Assembly (NCBI RefSeq): GCF_009914755.1
Contig: NC_060931.1
Length of the DNA stretch: 64,000 bases
DNA from: the human T2T-CHM13v2.0 reference genome, Homo sapiens
Strand: one strand, 5' to 3'
In this document: positions 44,137 through 58,857 of the stretch, piece after piece
Layout of the letters: each line of letters opens with the position of its first letter
Numbering within the stretch: the stretch's first letter is position 1
The notes under the pieces: generated by a model
Seen by the model: only the letters and a program-made list of their open reading frames with translations
Databases searched by the model: none
Told to the model about the DNA's origin: nothing
Position numbers and translations under genes: made by a program

Positions 44137-45410
44137 TATTAGGCCATATCTTTGGGGAACTATTAGTATATTTGCACCTCTTAAAGGTAATTTGAGAGTA
44201 CTTATCTAACTTGTAGAAGTAACAAATCAAATATTAAGAAAAACAGTGGCTCAGGAATAGTCAAAACATTATTACAGAAACAGTCAGTCAACAAACATTT
44301 ACTGATTACCTACTATTTGCCAGGGTATAGTCAAATTCTCTGGGCATCCTTACTGAGAAAAACACAAAAATCTCTACCCTTGTAGAATGCAATTGAACAG
44401 AGTTGTCATACATGCCCTGCTTTTTCTATTTCTGTTTTAATCTGGACTAATTCTAATACTTCATTTGAAAATGCTCTCAAATTTATACATATCAATGCAA
44501 ATATTATTTGGCAATACTTTGCTATACATTTTCCTTTCTGCTCCATTTTTTTATTGTTAAAAGACGTGTTTCCAGAAATATTAAAACAACATGGCTTATT
44601 CCACTGATTTATTTCAAGAGAAATATAATCCACCGCAGATAGTAAGTAAAATGCTATATTTCATTATTCTTGTATTACAACACTGTCTAAATTTTTACAT
44701 CCTGAAACTTTATAAATGTATTCTTTACCTGAGAAAGTTTACAAATTAACACACAGAAGTTATTTTTCCTTAAGTTTTCCTTAAAACATTGAACACACAC
44801 ACATTATACAAACATGTTCTGAATGCACCTGTGCCTATACAAGTTCCATATTACCATTAGTGCACAATGGCAGACACTATTCACCTTAAGAATTGGCAAA
44901 TAAAACTAATCTCCAACAAAATGCCAGCATAATGATTGCCTTCTATGAGGAATGACATAATCAATCTCTTTGCCCTGGATCTCCTAAAATACTCCTTTCT
45001 TCTCTTGTAGAAACTCCTTTCTCACTTGCTCCCAGTTCAAGTAAAGGCAAGGCTGTCATTTATTCACCCAATGAAACAGAATAATTATTGTAATTCTCAA
45101 TTGACTGTGACCTTGCTGGAGCACAGAAACAGTCAGCCCTAGATGCAGATCTCTGTGACCAAATTAACCACCAAATGTTCCACAGTTACTAGCTTCACTA
45201 TCCTTTGCTGACTATAATTCAATCAAGCCTGAGATTGAATGACTTCATGAAGTCATTCTCTCAAAGAACATTAATAAAATGATTGTATATTAGAGACAGC
45301 ATTTTTATAAAAAACTATAAAGAAAGACATCAAAAGTTAACAGTAATTTTTCCCTGGGTGGTCAGAAAATATATGTTGCTTTTCCCCCTGCTAGGTACCA
45401 TGTATGCTCC

Positions 45411-45715
<305 letters not shown>

Positions 45716-46684
45716 TCTCCTATTTTTTTATAAACCATATCTATTATTTATATTATTTAAAACTAAAACAAAATAAATGTTGCTAAAATAGAAGTTAAAA
45801 TTAAAGTCAATATTATTTTACATTTTCCATCATTTTTTCCTTTTATATTCATTATTACTTGCCAGCAAATATATACTTTTATTTATGCAGTAATTTTATA
45901 CAGATGTTTCTATGATAGATTTTTATTATTAAATAATCAATCATTAACTCTAGTCAAAGAAATTAATCCTTATAGACCAGACCATACACTTTATTTTTAA
46001 GACATTAAGGATTTTTGTTAAATACACAGTGTCATTTTATCTTGACACCTGTTTATAGAGGTACCTGGAAATTGATTACATAACTACAGATGATAACATG
46101 TTTCTGAAGAAAACACACAGATGAGATATGTGTGTTTATAATATGTCTATGTAAAGGGAATCTATGAGGAATGAGACACATGCATATTTTTTTCACATTC
46201 AAGTTTAGTCATTCTGGGATTCTGTATACAATATTTCCCCATAAGATATAAATAATTCAATCCAATTCCTTTAATAACAGGTTATGTCTCTCTCATCTTG
46301 GGTCTTATGGATGTCAATGTACTTTCATGAATTACTGGTATTGGTAAAATGAAAGAAGTCAATAACATCTCGTTTATATTTCAAATGCCAACTATACTCA
46401 TTTCATGTATATATCTATCTGCTTATTATGACTAATATTTATTTAGAGTTTATTACATCCTAGACTGTGAAATAATCATATTGTATATTTTACCTTTTAT
46501 TTTTACCTCTAGAAAGTTTGATTTTTACCTTTATAGCTGACATTTATTTAACACTTACTGTATGCTACTTAGGCACTTTACACATATTCATTCAGGTTTT
46601 TACCATAACTCAGTCCCTTTTAGAAAAATAAACTTGAGTTTTTTAAAAAAATAACCTGTTTGAGACCATATAGGTAGTAACTAA

Positions 46685-46991
<307 letters not shown>

Positions 46992-47449
46992 CACAGTTGT
47001 TTTTATAAGTTAATACTGATATAACTTTTTAGTTTTTGTAACATTTATTAATATTCACAGAGCTCTTAATCCTTTGATGTCGATTGCTTAATTCTCATAA
47101 CAGTGCTCCAATTTATCAATACTCCATTTTAGTGATGAGGAAATTTGAGTCCCAGAGAGGTTAAATAAAGAGTTCTAGTTTTAATAAGTAACTAAACTGG
47201 GACTTGAACCATGGCCACTCTCCACTGTGCAGCTTTTCTATAAGATTCTGATTAGCAATGAGCAGATTCCCACACTATCTGTTGCTCAATGTGCTCCCTG
47301 CCCCTCCCCACACACAAGACCACAAAAGGAAAAACAATTCAGCTGAGTTAACTATTGAAAATGATTATCCAGGTTCTTTCCATTTCCATTGTGCTGCCTT
47401 CGTTTCTGACCTAGACTACTGCAATAGTGTCAATTCCATCCTGCAAATA

Positions 47450-47900
47450 TGTGCTGAAGTCATTCTATGCGAGGCACTACATATGGTACTAGCAACAGTG
47501 GAATGAATAGACTCAATCAATGCCTGCTTTTAAAGAAAGGAGAGCATAATGTATCAGGCTGTGGTAGATACTGCAATAGGACTGTATTTTTAAATGTACC
47601 GTAGAAGGAAAGAAAGGCATTAAGTAATGCTGATCTAGGGGTAAAGATTTGAGTAGAGGTGACATTTGAGCTGAGTCTTGCAGAATAATTTAGAGATTTT
47701 CACAGGCAAAAGCATAAGGAAAGAACATTTCAGCAAAAAAAAATAAATAAATAAAAATAAATAAATAAAAATAAAAAAAAAACAGCATGAACAGAAACAC
47801 AGACATGAGAGTGCAGGATTTACTTGGGGACTAGTGCCTAGAAGGGTTAGAGGACAACTGTGTGATGAAATCAGAGAGGTAATTACAGTTGGTCTGCCAT
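47450..47900 (-). mobile_element. L2 fragment containing a (TAAA)n run
   Basis: gaggtgacatttgagctgagtcttg...gaacattcag...aacagcatgaaca. Confidence 0.65.
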
Positions 47901-47959
47901 CCTACCATAGTCTTCAGATAGGCAATAGAGAATATTGCAGAGAAGACAGAGTAGATTTA

Positions 47960-48105
47960 AGTATGCAGGTCTCAGAGCCAGATGACCTAGGTTTAAACCT
48001 TGGCTTCATCTTTTACTAGCTTTCAGAACTGAAGACAGTTACTTGGCCTCTGGATGCTTCAATCTTTGCATTCCTAAAATGGCAATGGTAATACTTGTCA
48101 TGGAC
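47960..48105 (+). mobile_element. MIR
   Basis: gagccagatgacctaggtttaaaccttggct...ttactagc...taaaatggcaatggtaatac. Confidence 0.7.
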
Positions 48106-48549
48106 AATATATTAATAAAGCAGTAGAAATCATATCTGGAAAATAATACACACATCCAACTGTCCAATATTAGATTTGTTTTATTTGCATTTTAAAATTG
48201 ACATTGTCTCTAAACCCGGTGAAATGGTCAGGGCATCTGTCCTGCATAGAGCTTAGTGCAGGTCCTGACCACAGTAAAAATCCACAAAAAGTTTGGAGTA
48301 TGAATGAAGCCTTAGAGACTTCAGCGGAAATAAATATGATGCATGCTTTCTTTTCATTGTTTAATTCTCTTTCAAAATGATTTCCTGGCACAATGTTAGT
48401 GAAATATAAAGCTGCTAACATTATACAGCATATAATAAAATTCTATTTTTATACACATTTATGTCTATATAACAAAACCCTGGAAGAATATACCCTAAAT
48501 TGTTAAGAGTGATTATGTTTCAGTAGTGCAATTTACTTTCTTTAACAGC

Positions 48550-48725
48550 GATATAGCATTAACTGTGTACTATGCACTGCTCTAAGCTCTCTGCAAATAT
48601 TAACTCATCAATCCTCTTAACAACCCAATAAGGTTAAGTGCTACGGATTAGCACATTTCACAGATAAGAAAACCAAGATGTACAGAAAGTTTAAGTCTCC
48701 AAGGTCGAAGAGCTAATAAGAGATG
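48550..48725 (-). mobile_element. MIR
   Basis: aactcatcaatcctcttaacaacccaataagg...cacagataagaaaaccaag. Confidence 0.7.
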
Positions 48726-50039
48726 GTTTATTTTCTGTTGCTTTCTATGTACTTTTCTAAGTCTTCAAAGATTGTTGTATTGAAAATATATTACTTTTAT
48801 AATATAAAAATAGATGTTTAAAAAATATATCCTGGAGCACAGGTGAATAGGCCTTTAAAAATATTGACTCATTATGGTCCATAATCTGCAATGACACAAA
48901 AATACTTCATACTTTCTTCTTCTTGGTCTATACCTCCTTGATCTAGGGAAATGAATCAAGGTATTTTGAAAAAGAAAATATATTTTTTAGGAGCTTAGGG
49001 TTGTATGGTCACAGAAATAGGGAAACTGATATTCTACAATTAATAAATCAAGTTTGACACCATGTGCATGTAATGTATATATATCTAAATATATATAATC
49101 CTACTTAATTTTTCAACCGTCTCCTATAGTATTTACATAGTACATCCATTAAGCCCTATTTCATGGATATGTTTGACAGCATGTGCTATTGTTTAAGCTC
49201 AATTTATTTAGAGTATGAATAAAATATTAACATTTAGAAATAAATGGAGCATGTAGGAATGTGAGTACATAGGGGCAGAGAGAGAAATGGGGAGTAGGTT
49301 ATATTCTTTTTAGCCAAGGCAGAAAATCCGACCATGAAAATTTATTTTCTTTAAAAACGTTAGTTTATTACAGAATTATGCTGTATTACTACCTAAGACC
49401 AAATTTTAAATCACATTAAATTTTCTTCTTATAATTGTTATCTTGTTATAACGTCAATTAAAATTTGATACAACCAAAAAATCTGAAGGATTAAGGGATG
49501 CTTAACTCTGTTTTATTTTTGCTTTCAGTTGTTATAGCAGTATGGATTTTAATTGCTAACACTTTATGTTTTGCTTAGATGATTAACAGAGCTAAAAGCA
49601 GAAAGTTTTAGCTTAATGAAAATATACTTCTAAAATATATATATAATAAATGCACTACAAACATAATTAATCTAAAAGCATTAATAAACTCATCATCTAC
49701 TGTGTCCTACCCGCAAGCCCTGACAATCAGTTGGAACGAGTTCACGTGCTTGTATGCACTGTGACCTGAAGGGGTGAGTAGATATTTCCCAGGCTGAAAA
49801 CACCGGAAGATAATTGAAGGAAAAGAGAATCAATTGCATGCAGCACATACCAAAGGCTGGAAGAGAGAGAGGGTACAACTTTTTCGAATTTCAGTATCAT
49901 TGAAATAAAAGGTTAACAGAAGTTCTAATATGATTACTACAAAATCTATCAAACCTTTCTTAAATAACCCAGCTGTGCTTTGTGTGTGTCCCTTAGCATT
50001 TATCATTTTCTCTCTGGAGGGATAGCATGTTTTAGTGGC

Positions 50040-50260
50040 TAAGGGTACAGAATCCAGAGCTGTATGTGACTTAATCAGACAAAGACCATCCCACTTCACA
50101 GCAGCACAGCTTAAGTTTCTCACTTTCTTAGTAATGCAGTTATTTTATCTTAGAAATACAGGTGGTGACAATAATGTCCACCTTGCAGTATTGTTATGAG
50201 GATTAAAATAAAGCACTTAGAACAGGACCTGGCGTGTTCCATTAAATGTTGGGTATTTTT
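50040..50260 (+). mobile_element. MIR
   Basis: ttagtggctaagggtacaga..ccagagc...ttgttatgaggattaaa..aaagcacttagaacag. Confidence 0.65.
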
Positions 50261-52748
50261 TCTGAATATCAGTGTATATATGTCTCACCATATCTAGCAC
50301 ATTGTAAAGACTTAAATGTAAGGACTCCATCTAATTCACCTCCAGTTTCTTCACAACAACTAATTTGTGCAAATTGAAAGAATTCCTGTATTTTAAAAAT
50401 ATTAGGTTATTAGATAGTATTTATTCCAACTTTTAAGAAGTTCTTAAGTATGTCGTTTCATTGAGAAATGTAAGAAGGATAGGTTGTTCTGTACAACTTT
50501 CAAAGATCTATTTCACATTATTTTTCTGCTACAGGACTTTTTTTTCCCATAGCCTAAGTAAAGGACACTTCTATAAGTATTTCACATGTATGAAATGGGA
50601 TGGATTTGTCAGACATTCTTTTCTTGCACAGACCAAACATGTATTTTTTGATTAGTATTTCCCAGCACTCAACAATGTTGTATGGACAAACAAAACCTGT
50701 CCAGCCGAGTCCTAAAAATACATAGGAAAGAGCACTCCATTAGATATTTCCCTTGTGTATAACTGGCCATATAGTAGAATTTAAAATATCCACAAATTAC
50801 AGCATGACAAAACTATGGGAAAATGTCAGCATGTATTGAAGATTTTTATCTAATAACGTTTAATTGTCAGAAAGCAAAACAAAAACCCCAGAGGGTTTCT
50901 ACTTTGACAAAGGAAGTAAGAAACCAAATGACTTGTCTAAGATTCTTCAGAAACTCGGCAGCAATTTTTGGAAATAGAATGTACAAAGGTACCTAAATTC
51001 TGCACATTCTGCCTATGGCAGTTCATATGAATGAGAAATGCAAATCCTTTTGAACAAAGGACAATGCAATTCAGTATAGCCACGGGATATTATTGTGGCA
51101 AAAGGCAAGGCATGATCAGACACACATCAATGGGAAAAAAATCTCATTAGAGAATAAAAGAAAACAGTTTAATTCATCCACAATTATTAAAATAATAAGG
51201 AACAAAACATCATTCTCTGCAACATTATACTTCATTCTACCATTGGTTTCCTGGAATGTCATTGTAATGTATTTGTTTAAGTGTTTCTTCTACATTTTTC
51301 TGGATTTTTTCCCCCAAGATTGTGGTCTAACAGATCCCTTGGATAGCAAATATGCCCCTGCAAATTTCTCCTGCCCACTTTTAAATTTTTTTATTGGATA
51401 AATCACTCCAAGAACCCTCTAGCAAGGCCAGAGATCCTACCCTCCAGAGTCTTCCATGGCCCTGCCTTGAGCCAAAAACTTTTGCAACTTTACACCTGGG
51501 GCTGTTAGGAGTCAATGAAAATAAATGTTTCATTTCCTCAATCCCATATTTCCACTTTCCACAGGATTAGTATTTTTCCCATGTTCGGTCTTGTCTGATC
51601 CATCTCTACTTCCAAGACTCAGGGCAGTCTTCACTCCTGAAATCAGCATCTCTTGACCCTACCACAAAATAAATGCTTAGACAACATTTTTTAACACTAA
51701 GGTGGTCTATTACTTGTTATGACCTGAGACCTGAATGTATGTGTACGTGTTGACTCGTCTGTCCACCCAATTACCATATTTCCAGCTTATTTCTAAATTA
51801 GTTTGTATATCTATGCTCATTTGATTATGGCAGACTTTTCTAACAAGGTAATAAAGTTGACTGGAGTCAGAACTGTTTCTGTCTTTGCACCAATTATGTC
51901 TTTGGCAACCAGCTCCATGCTAGATATATAACAGGTGCTGAATCAGTATTTATTGAGCAAATAATGGAAGGAATGAATGAAGAAAGGAACCTCTTTACCA
52001 AACTATTTTTGAAAGACAGGGTGATTTTGATGCTTGGCTGTATTACATTTTCATTATTTGAGGCAAAATGGTGAGATGACTTATGTGCTCCATTATAAAC
52101 ATTAAATGACGTGTACACATTAAAGATCTGCTCCACGTATTTGTTTTAGAATATTCAAGAATGGCAATGTATTACTTTCAGCAAGTCATTTGTAGAAATC
52201 AATATAGATTTCTTCCTTGATTATTTTGAATCTCACCTAGAGGAATACAATTTGCACAGGTATTGCATACTGAACATATATTGATACTTATATCTGCCTC
52301 TATTGCTGTTTCTGTGGCTATTTTTAATTAACAAAGGTACCATTTATCACTGGTGATTTGTATTTATGGAATTTGCTGGCTAACCACTACCCTTTTGCCA
52401 AGAATCTTTGTTTGGAAAAGCCCACAGGGTATCTGGGAGCTGCTCCAGACACTTGCATTATCATCGTTTCAGGAGCCTGCTGAGAATTCTGCAGGTTGAA
52501 TCCACTAGGAACAGAGGTTATTAATGAAATCCATCATGAAATGTATCTGAATGAAATAATGAAAGCAAGGCAAGCAATTTTTACCCAGTTAGGAATTCTG
52601 AAGTTACAGAGAGCCCAAGAGTTCCAGTCTCCTCAAGGTTTAGGTTTTTAGCCTGTGTCCAGCAAAAATTTAAAACACCACCATCCTTGTCTCATTTTTG
52701 GCTTCCCTCAAAGTACATGGATTCGAAAACCAAATATTTAAGTTAGTG

Positions 52749-52771
52749 TTTTTTTTTTTTTTTTTTTTTTT
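52749..52771. repeat. T23 mononucleotide run (A23 in pre-mRNA, intron 4 positions +10 to +32)
   Basis: Direct count. Confidence 0.97.
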
Positions 52772-52780
52772 AACACTTAC

Positions 52781-52843
52781 TGTGGGATCTTTGCCAGCCA
52801 TTTTGCATTCTTCAACTTTGATTGTAGATGCTGGCCAGAAAAC
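52781..52843 (-). CDS. SEMA3C: SEMA3C exon 4 (63 nt, VFWPASTIKVEECKMAGKDPT)
   Basis: Too short for the ORF track; read manually. Acceptor tttctgagcag|GTT, donor ACA|gtaagt; phase 0-0. Confidence 0.98.
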
Positions 52844-53940
52844 CTGCTCAGAAAGAAAAATAAAGGTTGCATAATCTCACTTGGACATATGACAGCCCAG
52901 TGCTCTTCATTTACTTTTTGTTAACAGATTTATTTAAGGTGATCTTACACTAAGACTTTAAAATTCTTTCTTTTTTATCAATTCATTAATAAAGATTCTA
53001 TTATTTTAACAATTACAATTATTTTTATTTCTTCCAACAGTGTTTCCTTTCACAAATGCTTTTCAATAACATATGTTCATTTACTAATTGTATATTAAAA
53101 TAAGATCATTATTAACATAAATGTGAACAATACAATTTTTCACTCCTTTTGACATAGTACACTTTTCCCAACTGCTTATATGACAATAAATCTACACTTA
53201 CATATCTTTCTCAGTTAGTATTATTTTTGGTAAATCACACAACCAGGCTAGTAGATTTACATAAGATGGGCCCCTGGGTACTTCAATAGCTAAAATAACT
53301 TGGATGAAAACCAAGAGATTCCCTCTCTCTGAAATACTGTGCTAGTACTCTAAGTAGTTGCAGCCTTGGGTCCAGTTTGGCAATAATCATTAATTTTTTT
53401 TAGTTGTCAGTCCATTGCCTGTGTTAACACTTCTGCAAATGCAGAAGTCTCCTTGTTGTAATAAATTTATAATTAATCTACATGTATTTTTTTCACTACA
53501 GTGAAGCTCAATTTTATTTCCTTGTGAAATGGAATGATAAATATAGGCCATACTGGATCAAGTAACAGCGTATTTAATAGCTGTTTTCCTTTCAGGCCCT
53601 TCACTGGTTACACAGAGATGACAAAGTAGATCTTCCTTTTCTCTGACCATTTCTTTCATGCACTACCCTATAATCCCTTTTTTCTTTATATATTTATACA
53701 CAGGTAGTATTTTTTCAGTTAGCTCCAGGTTTTGAATTGTTAAAAACTATGGAACTAGACGATGAGAACTGAACTTAATACCTTTTCAGTCCATGAAATA
53801 AGTACTAACTTTCATAGTAACATGGGACCAGTATTTTCTATTGTTCTAATAAAATGCATATTATTTTTTACTTATTTATTTTTTTTAAAAAAGAGACATT
53901 GAAAAGGTGGACACTGTCCTCGTGAAAGTGATAAACTTAC

Positions 53941-54101
53941 ACTCAAAGCTTCTTGACTTATATTGTTAATATTCAGGGAAAGAATGTGATCTTTGCTTCC
54001 CACATATATCCGGTCCTGATCTTCATCCATTAATAAAATCCTGTAGTCTAAAGGATGGTGGGAAAGGCTGAAGTATTCAGAGGTCTTGGTTTCTCGAAGT
54101 T
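53941..54101 (-). CDS. SEMA3C: Semaphorin-3C coding exon 3 (161 nt, (E)LRETKTSEY...NISQEALS)
   Basis: Translation matches the recalled human SEMA3C protein; acceptor ctctttcag|AA (AG at 54103-54102), donor AGT|gtaagt; phase 1 to 0. Confidence 0.98.
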
Positions 54102-54247
54102 CTGAAAGAGTGAACAGCACAAGTGTAGATACAGTATCCTGGTTCTATAATTCTATTATTTTAATAAAAACTATTATGCAAATATTCCAAAAAATGTCAA
54201 GGTACATTTTCTTCTACAGTAAGAAATTAATTTTAAAATAGAGTTAT

Positions 54248-54532
54248 GGGCTAGTTCCCTGTAATCTCAGCACTTTGGGAGGCAAAGGTATGATGGTCAC
54301 CTGAAGCCAGGGGTTCAAGGCCAGCCTGAGCAACATAGTGAGACCTTGTCTCAACAAAAATTGTTTTAGAAAATTAACTGGGCATGGTGGTATGTGTCTT
54401 TAGTCCCAGATACTTTGGAGGCTGAGGTGGGAGGATCTCTTGAGCTTAGGAAATTGAGGTTACAGTGAGCTATGATCATGCTACTGCACGCCAGCTCTGG
54501 CAACAGAACGAGACACTGCCTCAAAAAAAAAA
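54248..54532 (+). mobile_element. Diverged AluJ, about 145 nt from the exon 3 acceptor
   Basis: Both arms; TSD agttatg. Confidence 0.92.
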
Positions 54533-55539
54533 GTTATGTTAATGGGCATTTTAATTTATATTTGTACTGAAGTAAAACATAAACCACTAAGTGCAATGTT
54601 AAAGTTTATGGTAATAGTATGTGATTACAAAATCAGTCACGTTTGCAATAATCTCAACTCTGTTTTATTACTGGACATCATCAGCTCAAAACAAGTTAAA
54701 ATAAATAAACCAAAAAAAATACAGTGAGCAGATTGAACAGAAAACAAAACCAACAGCAGTGTGATTGTCTTCTTATCCTCTATTAATGTTTTATTTTTGG
54801 ACTCTATTTATTCATCATTTTAGGATTGTTATTTCCTACTACAAATATTTGCCTTGCTTCCCAACGTAATTCTAATTAGTCCGACTTATTTTTCTATAAA
54901 TTACTTGAAAGTAGACGTACTTTCAGGAGGCAATGTTATTTTTAGCAGCATAACTATTCATATATCTAAGGAAAATATATGAATTTTCAGGTATCTAAAT
55001 GTTCATATTTCCAGGATCCTCAGAGGTTAGTGACTCACACTCATTTAACTTCTTCCACATTGCCTAACTGCCTGTATGGCTGGCCTTTGAAGACAATCAA
55101 CGTATCGTGACATTCATGATACATTCTCTGGTCAAAATGCTCCTCTCAAGGAGCATAACTTTAGACTTTTCTATTCAAATGGTTCAGGATTTCTTTGTTC
55201 TTTTGATTATAATCTGAAGAATGACAAACTCTAAGAAAGAGTCTGCTTTCTGGGATGACTGCTTCCATGATGAACTGTTTCTAGATTTTTAGGCATTGAA
55301 TGACAAACACATTTCTAAAAATTCTGATAGAGCTGTAGTTTGACTTAAACCGAAATCAAAATGATACAAATTCTTATAGGAAGTCATGGACTATATTCCA
55401 TGAGTACTTGGGCCATAGCCCATATGAGAAGATACAGAAGTCACAAATTTAACCTATTTTCTGGGCACATTTGTTCAGAATGTCTGCCATAATATCCTGC
55501 AAGTAGTTTCAGCCAATAATCTGAAAATGCCCTGGAAGA

Positions 55540-55760
55540 AGCAGAGTGATAATGAAACCAGGTTCTGTTGCCAAACTTCCTGTGAAACTGAACAAGTTAC
55601 TTAACCTCTCTGTGCTTTAATTTCCTCATTTGTAAAATGCAACAATAATAGTAACTTCTGCCAAGAGTTCCCATGGAAATCAATTTAATTGACACATATA
55701 AATACGTGAAATGAGTGACAAGAGATAGTATTCAATAAATTCTAATTACTGTTATTAAGT
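55540..55760 (+). mobile_element. MIR
   Basis: caagttacttaacctctctgtgctttaatttcctcatttgtaaaatg. Confidence 0.78.
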
Positions 55761-56519
55761 TTGGATCATGATTTTTAAGAAAAACATGAATTTAGATAAA
55801 ATAGATGTATGTTTTCCTACTTTTTAAAATTTAGGGAGCTAAATCCCTAAAATTATTAGGACATAATCTTATAGCCTCAAATTTACTGTTCATACAACAA
55901 TAGTAAAATACAGGATTTTTTATGTTGGAAAAAACAATCAAGAGGTTAGAAAAATATTTCAGAAGAATCTTAAAATGTAAGATCATGACAGCATACAAGA
56001 ACAAAAGACAGGTCATTAATAACAAGGGCCTGGGTGAAAGGTCTTTGGAAACAGGTGGCTTGGGTGCTGAGCATGGTGCAGCCTGATAACCTTCCAGTTA
56101 CTGAGTCTCCCTAGGAATCATGGACAGAGAGGTGACACAGCTGGCAGGTGGTGCCACAGCCCAAAAACTGAAACAGCTTCCTTCATGAGGAGAGCACGTA
56201 AGGGGAGAGGGAAGTCTTTCAGGAAAAAATCAGCCCATGCCAGACTAGAGGTTAGGGCTAATAGAAAAAAATCCAAGAGCTGAGAACATGGGAGAGAATA
56301 CAGAATCAAAGCAAGTATCACTCAAAGGTTGGAGAGGACACAGACTGCCTTGATTCTGTCTAAAATCCAGGTGTTTTATAACGCTTACTTTTATCTCAGG
56401 GCTATGATTCATGGTTGTGTAAGTCTTCTGTAAAACACCAGGGGTAAGATATTGCTTGGGCTGCTGGAATACACATTCAACAAATACCTCTTAATAAATA
56501 ATTGTGGAGTGACATACAC

Positions 56520-56800
56520 AGACTAGCGCAGTAAAATATAACTGAGTTCATGGCCTCTGGGGTTCAACCACTGGAGTCTGGATTCTGGCTCTACCATTTC
56601 ACTTCTAGATGTACTTGGCAAGGGCCTTTATCTCTCTGAACTCTAGTGTCCTTATCTTTAAAATCAGTATAATAATAGCATCTACCTCATTGGGTTGTTG
56701 TGAAGTTTAAACTGTTGTCAAGTTTAATATACATAAAGTTTTTAAAAGAGTCCCGGAGCTATACTGATGCTGGTTACATGGGTTACCTATTATTATAACT
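56520..56800 (+). mobile_element. MIR
   Basis: attctggctctaccattt...cttggcaag..tctctctgaactctagtgtccttatctttaaaat..ataatagcatctacctca. Confidence 0.78.
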
Positions 56801-57769
56801 TGGGGCAAGACATCAATCTTCAGCAAGCAAAGTCAGAACAATTTCTTATGCAGGGAGGATAAAAATGACTAGAATGCCTAATTTAGAGTTAATATTAATA
56901 TATTCAATTTTTTTACAAGTAGCATCTACTCAAATTAATCAGGAGAACACAATAATAAAATAAGGCATTGTTAAGGAAAATAATTTGAGTATGCAGGGTA
57001 ATTTTTAAAGTATATAAGCTGAAAAGACTAAAAGACATTGTTCTAGTAGTTGAGATAGTATATTGATGAACACCTGATATGCTAAAATGGAAAAGAAAAA
57101 TTGATGTGAGAAATGCCTAAAACAAAGAATTTGGAATGATTTTATGTAGGTTTTGGCTAGGGGTAGAGGAAAGATTGGCGTAAATTCCCCTTAACATTGT
57201 AAGCTAAGTATAGGAGAAATGAATATGCCCTTACTACTTTTGGGAGATCTGAAAAGGAGATATATTTGGTAGAGAAAGTACTTAGGTATGGACAGATTAA
57301 ATTACATTCAAATCAAAGCAGAAATGTTCCACAAGAATGTAGAATTAGATAATTAATTTAATTTTGTCATTAGAAGTAGCAAATCTTCAGGTAGAGATGT
57401 TCAGTTATTTTCATGGATGATTATATGGAATTCTGAGAGTAGATACACTCTCTGGGGAAGAGTATATCTAAAAAGCAAAGCAAAGCAAAGCATAGAGATG
57501 ACTTGGTTGTTAGAAACAAAAAGGGAGCCAGAAGGTGATTCATGATGTATAGGAAACAGTTTGACATTGTGAAGAGAGTACTCAACTGGTGTCACAGTTC
57601 TGAGTTGAATTTCAGTTTCATCACTTACTAAGTATATTATTTTGGGAAAACTAGCTCATTTCTGTTTTAATTTCCTCATCTATACATTGGCAATAATAAT
57701 ACTGAACTCAAAGTATGTTCCACCAGCCCACAGTAGAGGATCAATATATGCTCCTTTCATGAGGAGAAA

Positions 57770-58256
57770 CTGTAGATTATCTATCTAATTAGATACTATT
57801 CTTTTCTTCCACCTTGACAGGGCTGTTCAATGACAACCATACTGGCCCCATTCTTCTAGCCAGTGAGTGTTTTAAATACGGCCATATGAACAACTTTAGC
57901 CAGTGAACTCTGGAGGGAGGCCTTCTGCACGGCTACTGAAAAAGGCTTATTGAGTCTTAAAAACTGGCACACACAAAAGAAGAGGTGATTTCTTTTTCTG
58001 CCTCTGGACATTGGTATGTGAGCACATGATGATTGCAGCAATTGCATCTACCAAGAAAGTTCCTTGCTGAGAATGGCAAGCAGAAATGTAGAAAAAAATC
58101 TGGATCTTTTAAGAAATCATTGAGTTACTGAATTAACCGGAACTCCATTATTACTGGAATATTCTGTTATATGAAATAAAAAGAAATCCTTGCAGTTTTT
58201 AGGCACCTTGAATTGAGGTTTTCTTTTTCTGCTGCAGAAATAAATACTAACTGATA
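57770..58256 (+). mobile_element. Old MaLR LTR (MLT1J/K-like)
   Basis: gccagtgagtg...catatgaacaactttagccagtga; terminal tgcagaaataaatactaactgata. Confidence 0.6.
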
Positions 58257-58508
58257 TTATCTTTTGAGGGTCCACAAACCCCCATCACGACTTTCTCACA
58301 CTTTCTATCATGAAGAAAGTTTAGTTTTGATGTTTTTTCCAAACCATTATTTTTTTCTTTTCCCTTTCTTTTTCTAATCTGTACTGAAATAAAACCAAGA
58401 GTGTGATCTTAGCTGGGAAAATAGGCTCAACTAAATTTTATGTGCAAGTAACAAGCAAACAATTGCAGTTCTCCTCCTTGCCTGTTTCATTAGAAAATCG
58501 TCAATCCA

Positions 58509-58857
<349 letters not shown>

